Of a stretch of DNA of 64,000 nucleotides, positions 41,301 through 53,300 are shown piece by piece. The notes beneath the pieces are model-generated. The model did not search any database. It had not been told where the DNA came from and saw only the letters and a list, made by a program, of their open reading frames with translations. This DNA comes from Mytilus trossulus. Taxonomy: Eukaryota. Made by a program: the position numbers and the translations under genes. The number at the start of each line of letters is the position of its first letter. Within the stretch, counting starts at the first letter, position 1. The stretch is from assembly GCF_036588685.1 (NCBI RefSeq), contig NC_086383.1, positions 19,158,001 to 19,222,000 on the forward strand. Direction: 5' to 3'.

Positions 41301-44300
41301 TTGATAGGCAGTCAATACTTACTTGTTCCATATGGAGTAGTTCTAGGGGTTGTATTAGTGGAATAATTTGTTGATAGGCAGTCAATACTTACTTGTTCCA
41401 TATGGAGTAGTTCTAGGGGTTGTATTAGTGGAATAATTTGTTGATAGGCAGTCAATACTTACTTGTTCCATATGGAGTAGTTCTAGGGGTTGTATTAGTG
41501 GAATAATTTGTTGATAGGCAGTCAATACTTACTTGTTCCATATGGAGTAGTTCTAGGGGTTGTATTAGTGGAATAATTTGTTGATAGGCAGTCAATACTT
41601 ACTTGTTCCATATGGAGTAGTTCTAGGGGTTGTATTAGTGGAATAATTTGTTGATAGGCAGTCAATACTTACTTGTTCCATATGGAGTAGTTCTAGGGGT
41701 TGTATTAGTGGAATAATTTGTTGATAGGCAGTCAATACTTACTTGTTCCATATGGAGTAGTTCTAGGGGTTGTATTAGTGGAATAATCTGTTGATAGGCA
41801 GTCAATACTTACTTGTTCCATATGGAGTAGTTTTAGGGGTTGTATAAGTGGAATAATCTGTTGATAGGCAGTCAATACTTACTTGTTCCATATGGAGTAG
41901 TTCTAGGGGTTGTATTAGTGGAATAATTTGTTGATAGGCAGTCAATACTTACTTGTTCCATATGGAGTAGTTCTAGGGGTTGTATTAGTGGAATAATTTG
42001 TTGATTGACTAGTTCCTGTACTGCTATTTCTCAAATAGTCTGAAATAAAATTAATATTACACTCTAATTAAAATGTATTAAAGAGTTCAATTTTTGCATC
42101 AATGTTGTTATGAAAATTTACTCTTAAAGTTTGACAACTCAGGGGTGTGGAAATATTTGTTGTGAGCACTTGTCCCCGGGCAAGTGAAACCTAAAATTTT
42201 ACTTGTCCGGAAAAAAATTTACTTGCCCTGATGATCCCAATAAATATTGAAGTATTTCTTGTTTTATGTAGCTAATATATGATTTTTACTTAGCACTGTT
42301 GTGCATCACAAACAAATGAAATCCATTTGTTTATATGTGTAATAAATAAGGAAAGTAGGATAGGGTTTACATCAATTGGACAGAAACCTAATAGCAAACC
42401 AACCAATGAAATGACATGTATAAAAGGACAATTTTGCAGCAGTTTTGGAATAAAAATTGAAGCCAGTCATATACTAAATTTGAGGACAGTGATTGAAGAA
42501 ATATAAACTAAATAATAGATAAACTATTGATTTTGTGGTGTTTCTCTCAACTGACACACTTGATTTTTTCTTGATTATTTATTATTGTCTTGATGGGCAA
42601 TTAAAGCGTCCCTTCAGTCTTCTTTTTACCACTTGGACAACAAATTATGTTGATCTTTCATCTATAAATAAGACAAAAACTTAATTTATTTTCCGAATTT
42701 CCATAGATAACCAGGGGCAATTTGATATTCACGATGTCTGAAATTCTTGCTTCCGTTTTTTTTTTTTAAATACTCTGTGTCCTTCATTTGCATTTAAGGT
42801 TTTCTAATCGACTCATGACTCTTTTTGTCTTGCTTGCCCAGCTTTTTATTAAGTATTTATTAATCTGAATCTCAATACAAAATTTAAAGAAATGACACTT
42901 CCGGTAAATGATGGATAAAACCTAATCGACGATCCCGGGTCAATGGACAAAGCCAATGGCAATGTTACGCGACTTGGGTTCGCATACTTTTTTTAATTTA
43001 TTTTGGTAAGCGATCTATTTCCAGTATAATGTAATAATTATCGTCATGAACATTGATGTTTTTACTTGCTGAACATTGGTTTCTTTTACATAAATTAAAC
43101 ATCTTTATACGTTTTGAAATTAATTTTATGTTTTTGTTGGATTTGAACCTTGTCTTGTATATTTTTTTACTTGTCCACGGGCAACCAAGACAAAAATAAT
43201 TACTTGTCCGGTTGTTCAAATGTACGAGTCGGGCGAGTCGGGCATAGCATTTCCACACCCCTGCAACTAAATATTTTCTTTTAAAATATTTTAATATTGT
43301 GTTTCTGAAAAAAAAAATATTCACTCACACGCTAAAAATGTAAAACAATTAGAATGAGAAAATAACAGCCTAATTAATAACAAAAGAAATTACAAAACAC
43401 ATTATGACTTTAACTCCATGACAACCAATGAACTTCAGTCTCCTGACTTAGGGCAGGCACATAAAGAATTTGGTTGTGTTAAACTTACCGGGACAAGTGG
43501 TGTAACAGCACATTTTATTGTCATTGTCAATATAATGGTATTTCATGTGACTGTCATACAAGTGAGAGGTATAGCTAGCTATAAAACCAGGCTTAAACCA
43601 CCATTTCTACATAGAAAATGCCTATACCAAGTCAAGAATATGACAGTTGTAGTCCATTCGTTTGATGTGTTTTATCATTTGATTTTGCAATTCAATTAGG
43701 GACTTTCCGTTTTGAATTTTCCTTGGAGTTCAGTATTTTTGTGATTTTACTTTTAATCATAAACAAACGTATAGTAGGCGTCACGTCTTGTATGTACTTG
43801 CATACTGTGCAAATACAATAAAAGGTAGGACAGTAGTAGATATTTAATTGGATTTGTCTTCCGCTAATTAAAAAGCATGATCTCGAGTAAACACGGTCGA
43901 TATTTAAGAAAATTTTGACAAATCGTGATGCCAATTTTACGTGACGGCAACTATAGTAACATACCTGGTAGCTTTATACAATCCTTATCATCACGCAACA
44001 GATTACAGTAGTAAACCAGATTGTAGTTGTTCAATAAATTGTGGTGACGACATACTCCAAAATGTAATGTATGGAAGGCATCTAAAAAATATATTTAATA
44101 CTGACATTCATTCAAATAGCGGTGAAAAAATAATATCAATTTGCATCTGAGCTGTGTCAGATAAAAATCGTAAATAACAAGATATCTTATTTGCAACACT
44201 TTTGACAAAGGTGAAAACAATATATCAAAAATTTGAAGTTGCCAGTGTTTTGTCTATCATCTCATAGACATAGTCATGTAACTATGACATTATCAATGTT

Positions 44301-47300
44301 TTTTCATAATTTACTCTGGCTTTGAATGAAATTTAAAATCAAAATCAAAGGAATGACTGTAATAATTTTTCTGCATGTTCAAAGTAACATAAAAATGTGG
44401 TGCACACTTTAAAATAACTCACTGCACGGGTTATTCAGTTTACACCACATTTTTTTATGTACTTTCTTCATTGGCAGAAAAAATATTACAGTCATTCCTT
44501 ATTTTTCCTATTCTATAAGCACCATCTAGAGACTCACGAAGAAAAATGCTTAGATATACATATTTCAGTGTTTAGTATGACGTCCATTTGTTTAGGGGCC
44601 AGTTGAAGCACACTTCCTTGTGCAGGATTTTCTCGCTGCGTTGAAGACCCATTGATGGCTTTCGGCCATTATCTGCTCTTTGGTTTGGTTGTTGTCTCTT
44701 TGACACATTTCGCATTTCCATTCTTCATTTTATTAATTAAACATATGGAGGATTTTGTTTGTAACATTTGTTAGTTTTAATACATACCCAGGCAACTTTG
44801 TCTACAGATCTGTTGAGTGGTACCATTCTGACAGGTTGGAAGTGACAAAGCACACAATGTGTGTGAGTACACTGTACTACAAGTATCGTATGGGGTTCTT
44901 GCCCAAGAGTACCATTGGTCCATTGCTTCATATAGATTCATCTGACCGAAAACATTTGGGAATGATGTAAAATTCATTCCAAAATAATCAGAACATATGT
45001 ATGTGTTATGGCTAATACATCCATCTGAAAGATATAAGGTTTTACTGTAAATTCACTAAAACATATATATGAGTTATGGTTAAGACATCCATCTGAAAGG
45101 GTAACCTCTGAAAAATAAGTCAGTATAAGGTTTTACTGTAAATTCACTAGAACAATATGTAAGTGTTAGGGTTGAGACAAACATCTGAAAGATATAAGTC
45201 AGTATAAGGTTTTACTGTAAATTCACTAGAACATATATAAGGCCAATTAAAAATAATTGCTAGATTTTCATCCCCGCCCGCCCCTCTTAAATCGTCCCGC
45301 CCTGATTTTTTTTATTTAACAAAAATATGATTTCCGGATTTTGTTCATGTCAGTTACCGGGAACCATCGATAATTTCGTTTCATTTAAAACTTCCTGTTT
45401 CAAATTTCGTTTTTGTATTTTTTCAAGTAATCTAACGAAAATGATTAAGTCGACATATTCTGCTGCTCTATGATGACAATATCATCTACCGAGAATAGAG
45501 ATTGATAACGAGAAGGGCATGAAATATTCGAGTTACGAGTAAAATGCCTTGTCCTAGAACGCAAATTGCGGTAGTCACAAGTGAATCGAAAACTGTGTTT
45601 TTTACTTTATTTATAATACAATGACTTTGTGTCAGGAAATTTGGACTGAATGATTTCCAAAGCGCAAGAATTGTAGAACAAATTGGTACAAAAGAACATG
45701 ACTGGATTAAAGAAATTGACACAAGCGCGAACTTATTTGATTTATGACCGTATATTGAGAAAAAAAAGTCGACAAACACACATTTTAATTATAACAAGCC
45801 CTTATATTTACCCATGGCTATTGTTTTTGTTGACAAACAGCAAACACCTTCTGTAACTGTCCCAATACCCTCAATTTAGTCATTAAACGTGTTGCATACA
45901 ATTGTACCAATACATTTTCCTGATTCTATGGGGACTACAAACCATTGCTTAGAAAGCAAAATAAATTTGGTGTAGGTATAGTCCAACTGAAGAGAGCATT
46001 TCTCTTCTTTTTGATGTATACTATAAATAGGTTTCTAAGGCGGAAATTACATGTATAACAGTTGTTGCCAATCAGGGATTTTTATTTAAGAGTTTAAAAA
46101 ATAGTGTAGGATTCCTTATACAGCATGTATGTACATTATACAACTTGTTTTCCACTAGCATATACTCCGCGGTATGAAAAACTCGTGACGAGTGTTTCAT
46201 ATGAAATAAAATTTAAAAAATAAAATCCTCCCACCCGCCCCATTTTTTTCAAAAATTTGGATGAAAATCTACTAATTAATTTTAGTTGGCCTAAGTGTTG
46301 TGGTTATAATAACCATCTGAAAGATATAAGTCAGTATATAAGGTTTTACTGTAAATTCACTTGAACATATATAAGGCCAATTAAAAATAATTGCTAGATT
46401 TTCATCCCCGCCCACCCCTATTAAATCATCCCGCACTAGAACAATATTTAAGGAGGCTTGCGGGTATAAAATTTTCAGAAAAAAATCAAACGTTTATTTT
46501 TCATTACAAATTTTATTAGTTACCTTAAGAAGTTGTTACTTTATCATATGGTACAAAAATTCATCCAAAAAATCAATACGTGTTGGCCCCAGGTGAATTT
46601 TAAAATGTAGATATCATTGAAAAAGCTCCAAATTATCTCCCTTTGGTGCAAAAATGCCATTTTTTGGCCTTAAAATTTAAATATCTTGTTTAACTCATCG
46701 GTGACCTATATTTTTTATTGTTATTTTCGAAAAAGCCGTACATAAACTAGATAATTGTAAAATTTTAACCATTTCTGTAATTTAGTTCTCTTTTCATTTC
46801 TATATTACCACTTTTTCTCCTATAAGTTCAACAGAAAAAAAGGACATTAGCAAAAATGTATGCTTTTTTCGAAAGCAGATTGTGAGCGTAAATGAACTGT
46901 GACCCCATTTTTTTATTTCATTTTTCTATTAGGTATAAGATAAAGTTAATTTATAGAAAAATATAGCGAAATCTTATATTAAATAAAAAAAAATATTTAG
47001 ACCCGCGAGCCCCCTTAAGTGTTATGGTTAATATATCAATCTTAAAGATTTAAGTCAGTATAAGGTTTTACTATAAATTCACTAGAACAATATTTAAGTG
47101 TTATGGTTAATACATCCATCTGAGGAAACTAGTGGCTCTAAAGAGCCTGTGTTGCTCACCTTGGTCTATGTGCATATTAAACAAAGGACACACTTGGATT
47201 CATGACAAATTGTGATTTGGTGATGGTGATGTGTTTGTACATTTTACTTTAATGAACATTCTTGCTGCTTACAATTATCTCTATCTATAATGAACCTGGC

Positions 47301-50300
47301 CCATTAGTTTCAGAGGAAAATATTTTGTACAAATTTACAAAAATTTACAATTTTTTTTTAAATTGTTTAAAATTTACTATAAAGGGAATAACTCCTTAAG
47401 GGGTCAATTGAACATTCCAACATGACGTCCTTCAAACGCTTTGAGTACACAACCGTGGTAAAATATGAATATATTATAAGGGCTGTTCCGATTGTTCTCC
47501 CACATAACATGTTTTTTTATGAATGAGCTACTCGACGTCATAGAACAATGACGTCAGAATATAAGCAATTTACTGGAAAATACATGCACACAACAAGGAA
47601 ACGTAAACAAATGATGCTAAAACGAGTTATATTAGCCATTTTTGTATACATATGAGACATATAAGTACAATAATGATTAAGTTCATCTAAAATTATCTAA
47701 ATATGTTATTATAAATAGTTTAAGCATCATTATTTGTTCAGTTTGCTTCGTTATTTAAGTCAATTTAATTGTGCGTTTATTTATTGGAAAGGCAAAAAAT
47801 GCCATCACCTAGAGCGCTTCAATCCAAAATAATTGCCATATTTGTCCTATTAGAATCGAAATAATTCATGGGGACTAGAATGTATCTAGATTTTACCACC
47901 GGTTGTCCCTTTATGCCGATATTATACCCCCGCTATCGCTCAGGGTAAAATATTTGTCATAAAGGGCCAACCTGTGGTAAAATCATGATATGTTCAAGCC
48001 CCCATGAATTATTTCTTAATTTTGATGATCTCAACCTGATTGCCACTTTTATCCCTTTGTAAGATTTGCTCTAAATGCTTTAGTTTCAGAGATACATGTA
48101 CAAGCCAAACACTGCATTTTACCACTAGGTTCTATTTTTTGCCATATCGGCCATTTTAGTTGGTGGGCAGGATCATTGGACACATTTTTTACACAAGATA
48201 TCTAAGTGATGAGTGTGGCCAAGTTTGGTTTAATTTGGCTCAGTATTTTCAGAGAAGATTTTTGTAAAAGTTAACAGATGACGAACGATGGACGCCAAGT
48301 GAGGAGAAAAGCCTTTGGGCCAGGTGAGCTAACAAAAAGTCAGAATAAGATTTTAATATAAATTCAGCAAAAACATATGTACATACATACTGAAGGTAGT
48401 GCACAATTTGCGATTTGCGATACATTCACCTAAATTTGGCAGTTTTAGTCTCATTACTCCAGATCTGGTCACAAAAATTCACAATGTTTGATCAAAGCAT
48501 TATCTTGTTTTTGTATGTCAGCAAACACAGCAAATGAACAGAGGTTTACTTATATACTAACTATATAATGGCAACATGTAAAATGTCTCAGCCAAGATAT
48601 GAACATGGTAGGACTGATAGGCTGAATCTAATGTTTGAAAATTTTCACGGTAATAAATCAACATATTTGCATTAAAAGTAAACATTTTTTGTATTTCAAT
48701 ATAGACAATAGAAGTATATATTTTTGTATTTCAATACAATTGCTTGTTTGAACTTATATGTCACTTACCATTGAATGGTGATCTTGGCATTGATGTTGTT
48801 CCAATTTCTGTTGTTTGTCCATTTTCTGGTTCCATATTGGTCGTGAATTCTGAATTAGTGGGTCTATTTTCTGGTTCAGCATATGTCGTGAGTTCTGAAT
48901 CTGTTGGTCCATGCTCTGTCTCAGATTCAGTAGTTGGTCCATTTTCTGGCTCAGATTCAGCAGTTGGTCCATTTTCTGGCTCAGATTCAGCAGTTGGTCC
49001 ATTTTCTGGCTCAGATTCAGCAGTTGGCCAATTTTCTGGCTCAGATTCAGCAGTTGGCCAATTTTCTGGCTCAGATTCAGCAGTTGGCCAATTTTCTGGC
49101 TCAGACTCAGCAGTTGGCCAATTTTCTGGCTCAGACTCACCAGTTGGTCCATTTTCAGGCTCAGATTCAGAAGTTGGTCCATTTTCTGGCTCAGATTCAG
49201 CAGTTGGTCCATTTCCTGGTTCAAAAACAGTAGTTGGTCTGTTTTCTGGTTGTAAATTAGTAGTTGGTCCATTTCCTGGTTGTAAATTAGTAGTTTGTCC
49301 ATTTTCTGGTTGTAAATTAGTAGTTTGTCCATTTTCTGGTTGTAAATTAGTAGTTGGTCCATTTCCTGGTTGTAAATCAGTAGTTGGTCCATTTTCTGGT
49401 TGTAAATTAGTAGTTTGTCCATTTCCTGGTTGTAAATTAGTAGTTTGTCCATTTTCTGGTTGTAAATTAGTAGTTTGTCCATTTTCTGGTTGTAAATTAG
49501 TAGTTGGTCCATTTCCTGGTTGTAAATCAGTAGTTGGTCCATTTTCTGGTTGTAAATTAGTAGTTTGTCCATGTTGATATTCAGCAGTAGTTTCCTCTGT
49601 GGTCTGCCATTGCCATGCATAAGGAGTTGTGACATCTACATCTGCATTTAACATTATCAATAAATAAAATAATGCAACTTTTCAAAATCATGATAAAATT
49701 GTCAAAAAATTAACATGCTCAAACTTCAAAAGCATAGATAAAATTACCAAATGTGCAGAAAAAACTCACTTCTTTATTACATAAAGAGAAAAAAGCATGC
49801 TCTAGGACCAAAAGATACCATATCTAATACAAATATCATTTCAAATCATAAGCAGATAAGTGAGATAATTCTTATTTAGTTCCATTGTAAAGCAATATTG
49901 TCCTATGAAATATTGTACCACAAGACAATATTTCATTACTATGTATCATGAAATATTGTCCTCGTCTATGGAAAAATGTCCAAAGGACAAATTTTCATGT
50001 TGAAATTTTGTCTTGTTAAAGGGAGGTTATATTTTGTGAGAATTGAGACAATATTTCACAGAGGAATACTATGAAATTTTGTCCTCTTAAAGGGAGGTTA
50101 TATTTTGTGAGAATTGAGACAATATTTCACAGAGGAATACTATGAAATTTTGTCCTGTTAAAAGGAGGTTATATTTTGCGAGTATTGCGACAATATTTCA
50201 TTGACAGTTTGTCATGGAATTTTGTCTCATGAAGGGTAGGTTATCAACATATATTCATGTAAAAGAAGGTATATAGGATTTGGTTTTCCTGCGACACACG

Positions 50301-53300
50301 CCTGTATATATTTACAAAATAAATGACTGTCAGTACATTACTTATATTTGTAGTACATTATAATGTAAAACAATGAAACTTATACGTTAGCCAATTCTTT
50401 AATCTATAATAAACCATTTGTGATGTTTTTATGCAAATTTGAAACTCACTATTAGTAATACTTTAAATTCCTTGCTATACAAAACCACCATTTCATTTAT
50501 AAATCTAAAAATGTGCATGATGCATGCTTGTGTACTATTTCTAATTGTGTACTAATTTGATTAAGAAATATTTTTAAAGCCAGTATTTCAAAATTGTCTG
50601 TCGGACAAAATTTCTTTTAAAATATTGTCCACTGACAGAATTTCATAGTGAAATATTGTCCAGAAGGAGGTGACAAAATTTCATGGACAAAGACAATATT
50701 TCATTATGAAATACTGTCAGTGGACAATATTTTATATGAAATTTTGTCCGACAGACAATATTTTATATGAAATTTTGTCCGACAGACAATATTTAATGGG
50801 GGACAATATTTTATGTTACACCAACTGCTCAAATTGATCAGCCTATCAAAGTATTACAACAGAGGGACAAGTAGAGATTGACCTATAAACAAAAATACAT
50901 TTATACATTATAACAGGTTTGACTGTTCTTTAGTTTATAAGACCAATTCTGCCCAAACATGTAGCTTTACCTCTTTCCTCCATTGAAATATTTTTTTTTG
51001 CATACCTGATTCGCATAGGATTTTTTTAATAAAATGCTGAACATATGCTTTTAAGTATTAAGGCATTGCGAAAAACAACTATTTCATCCAATAAATTTCA
51101 GTCCAATTTTCCTATGATATTCCTTTTCATATTGGATACGAATTTTATTAAGTCTACTGCAGACACTTTGTAGTCAAAGTGTCTCAACTGAGGTACTACA
51201 CAGGCGTCAAAAGGTGTCATTATGAAGTAAAGTGGGTGGCGTCAAAAGGCGTCATTATGGAGGAAAGGGTTAAGAGATATCTGTATTGTATTTTAAGCTC
51301 AGGCCGCATCAATTGGTGATGTGATGGTTGCAAATTGAGTTTTCTGATGCCGTTAGAGCTTAAAATACAATATTGTTATACCCATATCACGTCAAATCAT
51401 TTAAAATCTGTTGTATTTTGTTTGCGCTTGGGAGAACATTTTCATTGCATCGACAGTAAATTGATGCAATGAGAATTGGTGATGTTATCCAATCAAAATG
51501 AACAGTACAAACTATGTTGCATTTTAGAATTTAAACTCATGTTGATATAAAATACAAATTATTACTAACCTGAACAGCTTCCATTATATAACAGAATATC
51601 GTCAATAGCTACCACTGACCTATGACCACCAGCGGTAAACCTCAAACTAAACACACCAGCATCTACAGGGAATTCACCTCTCTGCCACTGAAGGTTAACA
51701 TCTGTCCGATATTCGACCAATGAAAACACTTCATTGTTCATGTTAGAAGTGTTCTGATGAACTGTCAAAAGTGCTGATGAATATTCATGAGGTCTGATAA
51801 CAATATAGAAAAATTCTACACACATTGGATTATTAGTTTGGAGGTAAGGAGAATTCATTTCTTTGTCTTCGTATAATCCATCCAAATCACCAGTGTACAT
51901 AAAAGATCCTGTTAAAAAGATAATATTTTTGTTAAACTGCATCTTAATTAGGTACCGTATGTTTTTCTTAGTCCTTGAATACAGACAAAGTAATTCAACA
52001 TATATCGACCCTATATCATTTTCCTGATACTGTGATTATTGATGAAATAGTAATTTTTTAGAATGGCAATGTAGAGTTGTCTCATTGGCAATCATACAAC
52101 ATCTCTTTCTACTTCTTCTTTTGCATGGATAGCCTTCCATTTATGGAATACCATATACAATTGTAAATGTGTATTGAGATGTGTTACACAATTCGTGTTG
52201 AGATGTGTCAAACAATTTTAAAACTTATTTAAACTAATAAATTTAAAATTTTAGTGGAGGCTTAAATTTTATACAGTATTAATATGGGGAGTCAAGTTTT
52301 AAAATTTTTATATGAATATAAATTCAAAATCTAGAAGAATACTTTATACAGTAAAAGTTAAGTGCGAATGAGCGTTGAGTCTTAAAGGGTACTTTAAATA
52401 GATTGTAAGTTTAGCAGTAAGCTTAAAAACTGAAAGCGTGTTTTATACAATGCAAGTTATTATTCATTATGCTTTACCTGTATGAGAGGAATTGTGAAAG
52501 GTGTGATCCTCCAGGTTAAATTCTGAATCAATAAAACCGGATCTCTTTGTCCATGAACCAATATCATATTCACACATAAGTTCTTCTTCAAAAGTACAAC
52601 TTATACTATATTCTGAAAAAGAATGATCAAATGATTTAAATTAGTTAATTATTATTGGTCTTGGTTGCATATTCTGTGTTGATAATAGATTTCAATGTTT
52701 TCAAACAAATTTCATATAAACCAGTTAATTAAAAAAAAGACTTTTATTTGTTAAATCATAAAACTTAATCTAATTGTCAGAAATCTCATACCCCTAAAAA
52801 GCTTGTCATCCCCACCAAATATTCCTCAAATCTGCTATCTTACCACAGTTTTGTTCGTCCTGTCCATCAGAGCATGCCCACTGTCTATCACATACATTAT
52901 CCTGAGGTATACAAAGGTCATCCATGGAACAGTTAAAATATCCATCTCCACAACCTGTAATTAAACAAATAAAGCTATCTTATTTCAGGCTGCATGTGAG
53001 CATTAAAAAAATGCAACTTTTTATACTTTGCAAAATCACGTCATTTCAAAAATAATAAAACATGAGTATATGTCCTTGGGGAAACCATGCTACGGTCTAT
53101 CAGATTTCAACACTTTGTGTTGCTCAATATTTAGTTTTCTGTGCAATTTTTTGTTATTCTTGTTTTTCCTTTTTTTCTTTGTTGTTGTCTGCTATTATTA
53201 GACATGGTGTCTTCTCATTTTCTGCCCATGTTCAGGGAATAATAAAATCAGTTTAAACACTAATACAGCACATAATTTTAAAAGCTCACACCATAATGAA

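Larger units (their letters stand above)
44990..48380. repeat. Degenerate ~70-85-bp tandem copies of the FZ-exon 5' end plus acceptor, interrupted by transposons
   Basis: About 6 copies of GTTATGGTTAATACATCCATCTGAAAGATATAAG...GGTTTTACTGTAAATTCACTAGAAC. Confidence 0.8.

Noticed and set aside
37038-42005. CRISPR-like regular array
   Set aside because: Units are identical end to end with no unique spacers, there are no cas genes, and the context is a eukaryotic intron. The same applies to the 60-bp and 23-bp arrays.
48744-49635. Several overlapping long ORFs (277 aa plus strand, 293 aa minus strand, others)
   Set aside because: Shadow frames of the 30-bp coding repeat. Only the 48761..49660 frame matches the phase of the flanking exons.
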